A DNA stretch of 61,253 nt from Bdellovibrio sp. (GTDB lineage: Bacteria; Bdellovibrionota; Bdellovibrionia; Bdellovibrionales; Bdellovibrionaceae): contig JBKCUU010000086.1 in NCBI GenBank assembly GCA_046318155.1, positions 1-61,253 on the forward strand, written 5' to 3'. Below the pieces are notes generated by a model that was given only the letters and a program-made list of their open reading frames with translations, searched no databases and was not told where the DNA came from. This document shows positions 9,762 through 19,410 of this stretch, one piece after another; within the stretch, counting starts at the first letter, position 1, and each line of letters opens with the position of its first letter. A program made the translations under genes and the position numbers.

Positions 9762-10741
9762 GTGTCTTGCTTTCCGTGCAGACTGGCTTCGGATGAAAAA
9801 CACGAATACTTCGGATGAAAAAATGAATGAAGTTTCTTTTGCAGCTCGGTTTGATTCTCGCGAAAGAGCAAATGCACATTGGCGCCCGCATCCATTGTCA
9901 CGATCGGGCCGTCTTTTTCAGCGTCCCAAACTTCGCGGACGGTTTTTAAGACTTCGATCGTGCCGGACTCGAAGTAGCCAAACGCGGGTTTCGACGTTTC
10001 AAACAAAGCATGCATGTCTTGAAATTCAGACCAGCAGATCTGATAAGCCTGTGCCCAATCTTGTTCTTTAAACGCGATCAACAATTCGGCCAAGCGAGCC
10101 TCCGCGCGCTCGGGACGGCCGTTAAAAAGTGGGCTCGTGATGACTCGGCGGTGAGCCTCACTCGACGACACTTTCTTTTTAGCCGAGGTCACCATGACAA
10201 CACTGTGACGCAAATTGTGAATCGGCAAATCCATCGGACGAACACCCACGGGTGTCCACAAAGCCCAAGGACCAAAAAAAGAACGGCAGCTTGAGCCCGA
10301 CCCCTTGCGAGAAAATTCGGCCAGTTCAAAACGCGTGGGTGTTTCGCGCCCAAGCTCAAGGGCCATTTCAGAGGCGCCCAGCGTGAGTGCCGCAAAGCTT
10401 GAAGCACTGCTGGCAAGCCCGCAGTCACTGGGAAAGTTGTTGGCCGAACGAACCACGTAAGAGCCCTTAAGGCCCAGATCTTTTTTTAGGGTTTGAAAAT
10501 GCTTAAGAAAACGGTGCCTGCCCTTTTCGCTCATCTCGAAAGGCGCAAAGTCGCCTCGAACTAAAGGCTGCCAATCATCATGGCCCTCTTGATCGTCCGC
10601 CTTTTCGATTTCGACAAAAGTACGCAGCTGATCAAGCGTGAATGAGAAGGAGCTATTGGTGGGGCGATTGCTACCGGTGTCGATCTTTCCCATGTACTTA
10701 ATCAGGGCGATATTGGCGGGGGCGCTGACTTCGATTTTCAC
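9758..10741 (-). CDS. mvaD: Diphosphomevalonate decarboxylase
   Basis: APANIALIKYMGK, NNFPSDCGLASSASSFAAL, GSGSSCRS, TMDAGANVH. Confidence 0.93.
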   Translation of the reverse strand: MKIEVSAPANIALIKYMGKIDTGSNRPTNSSFSFTLDQLRTFVEIEKADDQEGHDDWQPLVRGDFAPFEMSEKGRHRFLKHFQTLKKDLGLKGSYVVRSANNFPSDCGLASSASSFAALTLGASEMALELGRETPTRFELAEFSRKGSGSSCRSFFGPWALWTPVGVRPMDLPIHNLRHSVVMVTSAKKKVSSSEAHRRVITSPLFNGRPERAEARLAELLIAFKEQDWAQAYQICWSEFQDMHALFETSKPAFGYFESGTIEVLKTVREVWDAEKDGPIVTMDAGANVHLLFRENQTELQKKLHSFFHPKYSCFSSEASLHGKQDT

Positions 10742-11637
10742 AGTTGAGCCTCCAAGACGCGAGCCGAACGGACAAATAGACCTTCAGACAAATTCTGATG
10801 GGTCGCGATGATTTGATACTTACGAGACAAAAGTGCAAGAACGCGGTCGATGTCCTTGGTGTCAACCAACGCACAGATCACATCGGCACCGAGCGCACCA
10901 CAACCCTTCGCCGCACGGATCGAGGGAGCTTTCGTGATTTCATCTAAAATTTTGGTCGTCGTCGGGGCTTCAAAGCCCAAGGATTGAAGCGTGAGGCGAA
11001 TCTGACGAACGGCGTGGACAAAGTTTTGCTCGTGCTTGATGCGGTATGCTTGCAAGGCCTGGCGCGTGACGTTTTCGAGACCCGAAGCATCCCAATCGCC
11101 AAGTGTCTTTAAATGCTCATGAGTGGGAACCTTTTGTCCGGTCGAAATCAAAACAAACCCCAGATCGGCAAAACCCCAAGAGGTGGTCTCGAGTCGCCCT
11201 TGCGATCTTTCAAAAAGAGTGACACTGCCTTTTGCCTGCGCCACCAAATCGGCCCCACTCGGCTGAACGCCTTCTTGCGAAGCCAGTTCTCGGTACAGCT
11301 GCAGTAAATCCGACAGGTCGGATTCGAGTTGAGCCTCGGCCGCAAGCGATTGGCTGGCTTTGATGGCCGAATACAAGAGCAAAAACTCAGCGCCGCTTCC
11401 ACCCAGCCCGCCTTGAGCCGAGGGATTCTTAAACTCGGCGGCCCAATCTTTGGTCACGGCTGAAAACTTCGCCCACAATTTTCCCGCCGGTGACTGCGGA
11501 TGAAACGGACTCAGGCCATTTCCTTGGCGGAGATGCAGCTCGAAGCGAGGTTCGGTCGCCAGAGTGAGGCAGGGACCTCCCCCTAAAACTAAGTATTCAC
11601 CAAGCAAAAATGTCTTTGAAGGGCAGGATAAGATCAT
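10738..11637 (-). CDS. GHMP kinase, probable phosphomevalonate kinase
   Basis: PSKTFLLGEYLVL, GLGGSGA, PSGADL, AKGCGALGAD; located within the mevalonate cluster. Confidence 0.75.
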   Translation of the reverse strand: MILSCPSKTFLLGEYLVLGGGPCLTLATEPRFELHLRQGNGLSPFHPQSPAGKLWAKFSAVTKDWAAEFKNPSAQGGLGGSGAEFLLLYSAIKASQSLAAEAQLESDLSDLLQLYRELASQEGVQPSGADLVAQAKGSVTLFERSQGRLETTSWGFADLGFVLISTGQKVPTHEHLKTLGDWDASGLENVTRQALQAYRIKHEQNFVHAVRQIRLTLQSLGFEAPTTTKILDEITKAPSIRAAKGCGALGADVICALVDTKDIDRVLALLSRKYQIIATHQNLSEGLFVRSARVLEAQL

Positions 11638-11645
11638 TGGATATC

Positions 11646-13016
11646 CTAAATGTGATTTTGACGGGTCGCTTGCGTCCGCAAATCTTTGAGAACATCAATG
11701 GCGTTCGTGAGCGAAATTCGTTTTTTTAAAGCTAAAATCTCTTCGAGCTTTTTGACCATGTAAGGCATTTCAACTTCTTCGGCGCCGGCGCCGAGAGACA
11801 GATTTTTGATATGAAGGCGCATATGACCTTCAATAATTCCAACCGTTGTCAGCGCTCGCAAGGCACCTAAGTTTTGCACCAGACCAACGGCGGCCATGAT
11901 ACGAGCAAGTTTAGCCGCATTGGGGCTTCCCATCATGCGCAAACCCATATTCGCTGTGGGGTGCAGAGCTGTGACGCCGCCGACGGTGCCGACAATGACG
12001 GGAGCTAGAAAGGTCCCGACAAGCGCGGTCCCTTCGCGCTTCCACTCCGTGATTGAACGGTACTGTCCGTCTCTGGCCGCAAAGGCATGAACGCCCGCTT
12101 CAACGGCGCGCCAGTCATTGCCGGTCGCGATCAGAATCGGATCGATTCCGTTGAGCACGCCTTTGTTGTTGGTCGACGCGCGGTAAGGATCAAGTTTTGA
12201 AAAGAGCGACGCTTCTTCGATTTTTTCGGCTAAATCGGGATCGATATTTTCGATTCGAACGGTGGCCTTCGTGAGCTTGGTATCAACCAAGTTCGACAAA
12301 ATGCACATCGTGACCTTTTCACCGGTCAAATCTTCGATGGGTTGCTTCAAAAACTCACAGACTTGATTCATGACATTGGCGCCCATCGCATCCATGGCGT
12401 TCATGTGCACGTGAATGACGGCCATGACCTGCCCGTCTTCACGAGACAAGGCTCGGATTTCAATCTTCGTGACACCGCCGCCCCGGCGAACCATGCCGAA
12501 CGCGACCTCTTGATTGGCCAGATCGATGAACTCTTTATTTTTTGCCGCCAAGAGCGACGCAAACTTCGTGAAGTCTTTTACTTTTGCGAGCTGAATTTGC
12601 CCTAGGATATCTTGTCCTAAAGACTCGGTCGTAATGGAGCCGTTTTCGCGAACCCATTTTGCCGTTTTGCTCGCGGCGGCCACGATCGATGTTTCTTCGA
12701 CGGCCATGGGGATCATAAAATCCTCGCCGTCTATTCTAAAGTTGGTCGCAACACCAAGTGGAACTTGAAAGTAGCCGATGACGTTTTCGATAAATTTCTC
12801 GCCAAGGGCGGTGTCTTGCAAGCCGCCCGCGCGCAAATAATCAGCGTCGTCTTTGACCAAGACTTTCATTTGTTGCAAACGCTTGAGGCGGTCTTCACGC
12901 GAGAGTTTTGAAAAACCTTGAAAATATTCAGACCAATCTCTTTGCGCTTTTTCATTTCGTAAAACCAAAGAGGCGGTGGATGCGTTCTGAGAGTTTTTAT
13001 TTAAGTCCATCTCCAA
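11646..13016 (-). CDS. mvaA: HMG-CoA reductase, class II
   Basis: IENVIG, PMAVEETSIVAAAS, DAMGAN, NKGVLNG, TGNDWRA, GHMRLH. Confidence 0.93.
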   Translation of the reverse strand: MEMDLNKNSQNASTASLVLRNEKAQRDWSEYFQGFSKLSREDRLKRLQQMKVLVKDDADYLRAGGLQDTALGEKFIENVIGYFQVPLGVATNFRIDGEDFMIPMAVEETSIVAAASKTAKWVRENGSITTESLGQDILGQIQLAKVKDFTKFASLLAAKNKEFIDLANQEVAFGMVRRGGGVTKIEIRALSREDGQVMAVIHVHMNAMDAMGANVMNQVCEFLKQPIEDLTGEKVTMCILSNLVDTKLTKATVRIENIDPDLAEKIEEASLFSKLDPYRASTNNKGVLNGIDPILIATGNDWRAVEAGVHAFAARDGQYRSITEWKREGTALVGTFLAPVIVGTVGGVTALHPTANMGLRMMGSPNAAKLARIMAAVGLVQNLGALRALTTVGIIEGHMRLHIKNLSLGAGAEEVEMPYMVKKLEEILALKKRISLTNAIDVLKDLRTQATRQNHI

Positions 13017-14047
13017 GGTCTCCTTTCTCGAAGCTCCTGCACTGTTTTTGAGCCCGTGCAGAACAAGGCAATTTTAAGTTCGAACTCGAACTGCTCCATC
13101 AAACAATCGAGCTTGGAGTCAGAGTCTAATGCAGCTTTCAAAAGAGGTTGAGCAAAACCGACTTTTTCAGCCCCGATTGCAAAAAGTTTAGCTGCATCGA
13201 GTCCACTTCGTACACCACCCGAAGCCCAAAGTTGATAACTAACAAGACTCAATTTTCCCTCGAGCAAAGACTCGACCGTCGAGAGCCCCCAGTGGGCAAA
13301 AGTCTGAGCGGCTTTGGCTTGGGGACTTAATTCTTTGGAGCGCCGACCTTCAAGTCGACCCCAGTGCGTCCCGCCTAAACCCGCGACATCCACGGCTTTC
13401 ACGCCGGTGTCTTGCAAACGCCTAAAAGTTGAAGACGAGATTCCGCAGCCCACTTCTTTGACGATGACCGGGACCGAGAGCTCTCGGCAAAGCTCGGTCA
13501 ACTTGGCAAAACCATTTTTAAATTGCGGGGTTCCCTCAGGCTGCAAACATTCTTGAAGAGAATTGAGATGCACAAAAAGTGCGCGCGCACTTAAGTTATC
13601 CACAAGAGTCTGGATATCTCTGACAGATGATGTAATAACCTGAGCAATTCCAATGTTGCCAAACAAAAGCGTGTTTGGAGCATTTTCTCGAATGAATTTC
13701 CATTCTTGCGCAGCTTTTGGATCCGTTAGCTCACGGCGCTGTGATCCAACACCCATAGCCCAGCCCCGCTTTTCGGCAGCCAGAGCGAATCTTAAGTTCA
13801 GATTGAGAGCATCGACATGACCTGCGGTCATCGACGAAATAAAAAAGGGAACCGAAACCTCGGTGCCCCAATAAGAATCTTTGAGTTGTATCTCTTTGAA
13901 ATCAAGATCTGGCAGAGCTTCGTGAACCAACTTAATCTGCTCAAGTCCCGACGCACCTATCGCTTGCACTGGCTCTTCGAGCGCAAGACGAATGTGATCT
14001 TGTTTACGGGATTCGAATTGGTCCAAGGACTCTGGAGTGTCTTTCAT
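13001..14047 (-). CDS. fni: Type 2 (FMN-dependent) isopentenyl-diphosphate isomerase
   Basis: RKQDHI, SMTAG, GVGSQR, HLNSLQECLQPEG, VKEVGCG, ASGGVRSG. Confidence 0.93.
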   Translation of the reverse strand: MKDTPESLDQFESRKQDHIRLALEEPVQAIGASGLEQIKLVHEALPDLDFKEIQLKDSYWGTEVSVPFFISSMTAGHVDALNLNLRFALAAEKRGWAMGVGSQRRELTDPKAAQEWKFIRENAPNTLLFGNIGIAQVITSSVRDIQTLVDNLSARALFVHLNSLQECLQPEGTPQFKNGFAKLTELCRELSVPVIVKEVGCGISSSTFRRLQDTGVKAVDVAGLGGTHWGRLEGRRSKELSPQAKAAQTFAHWGLSTVESLLEGKLSLVSYQLWASGGVRSGLDAAKLFAIGAEKVGFAQPLLKAALDSDSKLDCLMEQFEFELKIALFCTGSKTVQELRERRPWRWT

Positions 14048-14096
14048 CCTAAAAATCCAAGGCCCCAACGAAGAGGCCAAGCTGTAATCAGAACGA

Positions 14097-14441
14097 TTAA
14101 GCCAGAGCGTGCTTGCACAATGCTGCGAAAGCCGCTGTGTCTGTAATTGCGAGATCCGCCAAGATTTTGCGATTCACGTCGATTTCGGCTTTGATTAAAC
14201 CACCGATCAAACGAGAGTAGGTCGTTCCATTCAAACGAGCACCCGCATTGATACGTTGATTCCAAAGAGCACGAATTTCCCGTTTTTTCGTTTTACGATC
14301 GCGGTACTGATATTTCAGTGCGCGATCGTTCTTTTCAACGGCGTGAATGTAAGCACGGCTACCTGCTGAGCGATAACCTTTGGCTCGTTTGAGAACTTTT
14401 TTGTGACGACGACGATTGGTAAATCCACCTTTAACGCGCAT
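14097..14441 (-). CDS. rplT: 50S ribosomal protein L20
   Basis: MRVKGG...KKVLKRAKGY, YRDRK, NRKILADLA. Confidence 0.97.
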   Translation of the reverse strand: MRVKGGFTNRRRHKKVLKRAKGYRSAGSRAYIHAVEKNDRALKYQYRDRKTKKREIRALWNQRINAGARLNGTTYSRLIGGLIKAEIDVNRKILADLAITDTAAFAALCKHALA

Positions 14442-14453
14442 GACTTTACTCCC

Positions 14454-14648
14454 TTAGAATACGAGCTGACGCTTCACTTGAAGCATATTGGCATCATCAA
14501 CGTAAACCATGTCACCCAAATGACGCTTTGTTTTGGATTTCATGTGTGAGTTCAAGTGGCGCATACCCACCTGCTTGCGTTTCACTTTTCCGCTCGCAGT
14601 TCTCTTGAAGCGCTTTTTCGCTCCCGAGTGCGTTTTCATCTTTGGCAT
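14454..14648 (-). CDS. rpmI: 50S ribosomal protein L35
   Basis: [21 protein letters not shown]. Confidence 0.97.
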   Translation of the reverse strand: MPKMKTHSGAKKRFKRTASGKVKRKQVGMRHLNSHMKSKTKRHLGDMVYVDDANMLQVKRQLVF

Positions 14649-14754
14649 TGTTCCATCCTTCTAGTCGCGGCGTTCATCGAAAATCGACGACTCTTTATGG
14701 GCCGTTACCAGGTCAATTGATCGTTCCCCAAGGGGGTTTGATTCAAGACTCAGC

Positions 14755-14783
14755 AAGTTACTTAAACGACCCCGGGTTGGCAA
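14755..14783 (-). promoter_or_regulatory. Probable sigma70 promoter for rpmI-rplT
   Basis: TTGCCA-17 bp-TAACTT on the minus strand, about 100 nt upstream of rpmI and downstream of the infC terminator. Confidence 0.5.
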
Positions 14784-14872
14784 CACAAAAAACGGGCTTT
14801 CGGAAGCCACCAAACCGGCGCTGAAACAGGCCCATGGGTCGGTCCTCACCGCCTAAACTTGAGCTGGAAACC

Positions 14873-14901
14873 AAAAAAAAGGGACTTTGCAGTCCCCTTT
14901 T
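14873..14901 (-). terminator. Intrinsic terminator after infC
   Basis: Minus strand reads GGGACT-GCAA-AGTCCC followed by T8. Confidence 0.75.
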
Positions 14902-14930
14902 CGAGTTCAATTTGAGTGCAGAAGCAGACC

Positions 14931-15614
14931 TTACTCGGCGTCGTCTTCGCCTGGGGCCTCTTCGTGGGCGGCATCGGCCTCTTCACGTGATGAGACATTC
15001 ACAGGTTTGGGATGAGCCTTGAGGTACTCTTTTACCTTCATGGGATCTGGAGCCACGATGCAGAAGAGCTGACGGCCTTCCATTTTAGGAGGGACCTCCG
15101 TCATGCCGACGTCCTGAAGGCTTTCGGTCACCTTCTTGAGATTCTGAAATCCCACTTCTTGGTGGGCCATTTCGCGTCCCGAGAACCGAAGATTGACCTT
15201 CACTTTGTCACCATCAAGCAAGAACCTGCGCGCATGACGAAGTTTAACGTCAATATCGTGCTGATCCGTGCGGGGGCGGAGCTGGATCTCTTTGGTTTGA
15301 ACGATGATCTGTTTTTTACGGGTGGCCGCGGCCTTCTTCTTATTTTCGTACTTCCACTTACCGTAATCCATGATTTTGCAGGTGGGAGGAGACGCATTGG
15401 GCACGATCTCGATCAAATCAAGATTGCGCTCTTCAGCCATGCGCAGGCCTTCTTGGGGTGTCATCACGCCGAGCATTTGTCCCGCTTCGTCGATCACGCG
15501 AACCTGTTGGGCTCGGATCTCACGGTTGACGCGCAAGCCGTCTTTATCCTTCTTGCGAAATTCATCTCTGCCTCGTCCGCCTACAAAAGGCTTTCGTTCA
15601 AAAGGGCCGCTAAT
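14931..15614 (-). CDS. infC: Translation initiation factor IF-3 with AUU start
   Basis: RVNREIRA, CKIMDYGK, GDKVKV, GREMAH, PKMEGRQ. In-frame ATT at 15614, 26 codons upstream of the ORF-track start, lies 6 nt after AGGAGG. Confidence 0.93.
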   Translation of the reverse strand: MSGPFERKPFVGGRGRDEFRKKDKDGLRVNREIRAQQVRVIDEAGQMLGVMTPQEGLRMAEERNLDLIEIVPNASPPTCKIMDYGKWKYENKKKAAATRKKQIIVQTKEIQLRPRTDQHDIDVKLRHARRFLLDGDKVKVNLRFSGREMAHQEVGFQNLKKVTESLQDVGMTEVPPKMEGRQLFCIVAPDPMKVKEYLKAHPKPVNVSSREEADAAHEEAPGEDDAE

Positions 15615-15662
15615 GGGAGACCTCCTAGGTCATCACGTGTCCCTCGCGGGACACTTTTTAAG

Positions 15663-17651
15663 TTAAGCCTTTGCAGGGCTTTGGGCTGACTTGGCTCCTT
15701 CGGAACCAAGGGGACCGGGATGTAAACTCCGGCCCTCTATGTCTTGTAAAATCATTTTCATCATTTCGTCCAGTCCAATATTGTTGATCATGGTTCCGTT
15801 TCGCAAACGAATTGAAACCTGGCCGTTTTCGGCCTCTTTATCCCCCACAATAATCATATAGGGGACCTTCATCATCTGCGCTTCGCGGATTTTGAAGTTC
15901 AATTTCTCGTTACGGCGGTCAAATTCAACCCGAACCTTGGCGCCGGCCAGATTCTTCACCAATTCGTCACAAAAGACGCTCACCCGGTCGGTCACGTTCA
16001 AGATCATGACCTGAGTGGGCGCCAGAAACGTCGGGAGGTGCCCAGCGGTATGTTCGAGGTAAACCCCGATAAAACGCTCGAGGCTACCCAAGATCGCTCG
16101 GTGGAGCATCACAGGCTTATGCTCTTGATTGTCTTCGCCGGTGTACTTCAGGTCAAAAACCAAAGGCATATTAAAATCCACCTGCAAAGTTCCCAGCTGC
16201 CAAGGACGGTTCAGGGCGTCGACAAACATAATGTCGAGTTTAGGGCCATAAAAGGCACCGTCGCCGGCGTTGATCTCGTAAGGTAGATCCAAAGACTTGA
16301 GCGCGTTTTCGAGGGCGCCTTCAGCTTTGTCCCAGATCTCGTTAGAACCCAGCCGCTTTTCGGGGCGCGTGCTGAAGAAGATCTTGTAGTTGTTCATGCC
16401 CAAAATCGAGTACACGCGGTTCAAAAGCTGCATAAAGCTTTTGATCTCGGCCTGGACTTGCTCGAGGGTACAAAAAATATGAGCGTCATCTTGGCAAAAA
16501 GTCCGGACGCGAGTCAGCCCATGCATCGCCCCGGCCCGCTCGTAGCGGTGCAAGCGGCCAAAGTCGGCCATGCGGTAGGGGAGCTCTCGGTACGAGTGCT
16601 TCTCGGCGCCAAACATTAAGCAGTGCGAGGGGCAGTTCATCGGCTTGGCCGAAAAATCTCGCTCGTCGACTTTCATGAAGTACATATTCTCTTTGTAGTT
16701 TTCATAATGACCCGAGGTCTTAAAAAGCTCGACGTCAAAGATTTGCGGCGTGATGACCTCTTGGTAGTGGTTCTCACGGTACATATCGCGCATCAAGCGC
16801 TGAAGTTCATTGTAAATGGTGGCGCCTTTGCCTGTGAAGAAGGGCGACCCGGGTGAGAGCGGGTGAAACTGAAACAGTCCCAGCTCTTTGCCAAGCTTCC
16901 GGTGATCGCGTTTTTTTGCTTCTTCGAGATTGTGCAAATGCTGTTCAAGCTCCTTCGAGTCGCGAAAGGCGGTTGCGTACACGCGCTGAAGCATGGGGTT
17001 CTTTTCGTCCCCGCGCCAGTAAGCTCCGGCAACGGACAAGAGCTTGAAGGCTTTAATTTGGCCCGTTCGCTGGACGTGAGGGCCACGGCACAAATCGAAC
17101 CAAGTCCCTTGATAATAAATTGAAACGTCGCTCTCGCCTTTATCGCCCAAATTTTTAATGAGCTCGACCTTAAAGCGTTCTTTCATTTTTTCAAAAGTTT
17201 GCACGGCTTTCTCAACAGGCCACACTTCTTTGAGCAGCGGTTGATCCGAGTCGACGATCTTCTTCATCTCTTTTTCGATCGCGGCAAAATCTTCTTCAGT
17301 AAAATGGCGGGGCGAATCGAAGTCGTAATAAAAACCATTGTCGATCACGGGACCGATCGTCACCTTCACATCAGGCCACAGATGCTGAACGGCTTGCGCC
17401 ATCACGTGAGCCGCTGAGTGACGGATCACTTCGTTGGCGTCAGGGCTTTTGGTTGTGACAAGTTCGATTTTTGTTCCGTTTTTGAGTGGCAGGCGAAGAT
17501 CTTGGATTTCTTTGGACCCATTGATCTTAACGCCAAGGGTATCTTGCGCCAGCCGCGAGCCAATACTTTGCGCGACCTCCAGGGCCGAGGGCTCGTGGTC
17601 AAAAACTTTAGTGGAGTTGTCCGGGAGTAAAATTTTGATTTCAGGCATCAT
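15663..17651 (-). CDS. thrS: Threonine--tRNA ligase
   Basis: TGS domain, RHSAAH, DLCRGPH, RDHRKLG, KPMNCPSH, GAFYGPK, HRAILGSLERF. Confidence 0.98.
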   Translation of the reverse strand: MMPEIKILLPDNSTKVFDHEPSALEVAQSIGSRLAQDTLGVKINGSKEIQDLRLPLKNGTKIELVTTKSPDANEVIRHSAAHVMAQAVQHLWPDVKVTIGPVIDNGFYYDFDSPRHFTEEDFAAIEKEMKKIVDSDQPLLKEVWPVEKAVQTFEKMKERFKVELIKNLGDKGESDVSIYYQGTWFDLCRGPHVQRTGQIKAFKLLSVAGAYWRGDEKNPMLQRVYATAFRDSKELEQHLHNLEEAKKRDHRKLGKELGLFQFHPLSPGSPFFTGKGATIYNELQRLMRDMYRENHYQEVITPQIFDVELFKTSGHYENYKENMYFMKVDERDFSAKPMNCPSHCLMFGAEKHSYRELPYRMADFGRLHRYERAGAMHGLTRVRTFCQDDAHIFCTLEQVQAEIKSFMQLLNRVYSILGMNNYKIFFSTRPEKRLGSNEIWDKAEGALENALKSLDLPYEINAGDGAFYGPKLDIMFVDALNRPWQLGTLQVDFNMPLVFDLKYTGEDNQEHKPVMLHRAILGSLERFIGVYLEHTAGHLPTFLAPTQVMILNVTDRVSVFCDELVKNLAGAKVRVEFDRRNEKLNFKIREAQMMKVPYMIIVGDKEAENGQVSIRLRNGTMINNIGLDEMMKMILQDIEGRSLHPGPLGSEGAKSAQSPAKA

Positions 17652-17720
17652 CTTTAAGCACCGATTTTTTTTGGATTCATGGTTGTCATGAAAGAGTTGA
17701 TGAACAAAAACGCATGGGCA

Positions 17721-17831
17721 TTAGAAAACGAACACTTGTGAACCCTCACGGGTTCGAATCAAACGCGTACCCATGGTCATTGCAACCCGAGACGTCGTAT
17801 TCATTGTCGTTAACAAGCCCTGCTTCATCAT
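17721..17831 (-). CDS. Putative Thr-rich leader peptide of thrS (36 aa)
   Basis: Translates as MMKQGLLTTMNTTSRVAMTMGTRLIRTREGSQVFVF* with 7 Thr codons. It ends about 70 nt before thrS. Confidence 0.6.
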   Translation of the reverse strand: MMKQGLLTTMNTTSRVAMTMGTRLIRTREGSQVFVF

Positions 17832-17838
17832 GATGGGC

Positions 17839-17867
17839 AGTATCGGGCGGCAGGCCTGCAATTTCAA
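17839..17867 (-). promoter_or_regulatory. Probable sigma70 promoter of the thrS leader
   Basis: TTGAAA-17 bp-GATACT; the leader ATG begins 7 nt downstream of the -10. Confidence 0.55.
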
Positions 17868-18040
17868 GTTTTTCTATTTTGGGCCGCCTATAAAAGGGGC
17901 TTATGAACGACCCGGTGGCGGTGCCGGGGACATGATGCCGACGCAGCCGGGGACTTGACCGAGACCAACGGTGCTGGTACCAGCACCGCCGCCGCCCAGC
18001 TCACGGGGTGTTGTGAGCTTGCACGAGAGCCCCTTCGAAG

Positions 18041-19267
18041 TTAATTCAGAGCTTTTTCAAGGTTCTGAGAGATCAAAGCAAGAAAGTCCTCGGTGTGCAT
18101 GTAGTCCTTTTCTGACAATTTGTTGCCATGGATGCAAACGGCCAAATCTTTGGTCATTTTGCCAGCCTCAACAGTTTGAACGCAGACTTTTTCAAGCGTT
18201 TGTGCAAAGCGGATGAGTTCGGGGTTGTTGTCCAATTTGCCGCGGAACTCGAGACCACGGGTCCAAGCAAAGATCGAGGCAATCGGATTGGTCGAGGTCT
18301 TTTGACCTTTTTGGTGCATACGGTAGTGGCGAGTCACGGTCCCGTGAGCGGCCTCGGCCTCCATGGTTTTACCATCGGGAGTGATCAAGACAGACGTCAT
18401 CATGCCTAAAGAACCAAAGCCTTGCGCCACGGTATCAGATTGAACATCGCCATCGTAGTTTTTGCAGGCCCAAACAAATTCACCGTGCATCTTGAGGCAC
18501 GAAGCGACCATGTCGTCGATCAAGCGGTGTTCGTAAGTGATTTTAGCGGCCTCGAATTTGGCTTTGTACTCTTTTTCGTAAAGCTCTTCGAAGATGTCCT
18601 TAAAAAAACCATCGTACTGCTTCAAGATGGTGTTTTTCGACGAGAAGTACAAAGGCCAGCCCTTCATCAGGGCGTAGTTAAAGCATGAGCGCGCAAAGCC
18701 TTCGATCGATTTATGGGTGTTGTACATGCCCATGGCGATGCCGTCGCCGTCAAATTCAAAGATGTCCCAGGTTTGCTCTTGGCCGCCACCTGCGGGGGTG
18801 AACGTCATTTTGAGCTTTCCTTTGCCTTTGATTTTGACGTCGGTCGCTCGGTACTGATCACCAAATGCGTGACGTCCGATCACGATCGGATGAGTCCAGT
18901 TGGGGACCAAACGCGGAACGTTTTTGCAGATGATCGGCTCGCGAAACACGGTGCCGTCCAAGATGTTGCGGATCGTGCCATTGGGCGATTTCCACATTTT
19001 TTTGAGGTTGAATTCTTTGACGCGAGCTTCGTCAGGCGTGATCGTCGCGCACTTGATCCCGACATTGTACTTTTTGATCGCTTCAGCGGCTTCGACGGTG
19101 ACCTTGTCTTCAGTTTTGTCTCTGTTTTCAACACCCAAGTCGAAGTACTTAATGTCGAGCTCGAGGTAAGGCAGGATGAGTTTTTGTTTGATGAAAGACC
19201 AAATAATTCGGGTCATCTCATCGCCATCAAGGTCCACCACAGGGTTTGCCACTTTGATTTTTTTCAT
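18041..19267 (-). CDS. icd: NADP-dependent isocitrate dehydrogenase (eukaryote-like subfamily)
   Basis: [60 protein letters not shown]. Confidence 0.97.
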   Translation of the reverse strand: MKKIKVANPVVDLDGDEMTRIIWSFIKQKLILPYLELDIKYFDLGVENRDKTEDKVTVEAAEAIKKYNVGIKCATITPDEARVKEFNLKKMWKSPNGTIRNILDGTVFREPIICKNVPRLVPNWTHPIVIGRHAFGDQYRATDVKIKGKGKLKMTFTPAGGGQEQTWDIFEFDGDGIAMGMYNTHKSIEGFARSCFNYALMKGWPLYFSSKNTILKQYDGFFKDIFEELYEKEYKAKFEAAKITYEHRLIDDMVASCLKMHGEFVWACKNYDGDVQSDTVAQGFGSLGMMTSVLITPDGKTMEAEAAHGTVTRHYRMHQKGQKTSTNPIASIFAWTRGLEFRGKLDNNPELIRFAQTLEKVCVQTVEAGKMTKDLAVCIHGNKLSEKDYMHTEDFLALISQNLEKALN

Positions 19268-19410
19268 AGGTCCTATCTTTCTTGAGTCTCGGGTGTTGCC
19301 AGCACGCGTGCACAGTTTGAAGCGGATATCATCGGCAGAATCAGAGGGAGAAGCAAGCGATGAAGCCTTCGGTCAGGGATCAAAGGCCACTGTAGGCTCC
19401 TGAGTGGGAT

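Noticed and set aside
15012..15689. 225-aa plus-strand ORF and many similar antisense ORFs over thrS, icd, act and gsp genes
   Set aside because: Codon-mirror shadows of well-supported genes on the opposite strand.
17652..17870. T-box riboswitch upstream of thrS
   Set aside because: No UGGNACC T-box bulge or stem I features seen; a leader peptide explains the region better.
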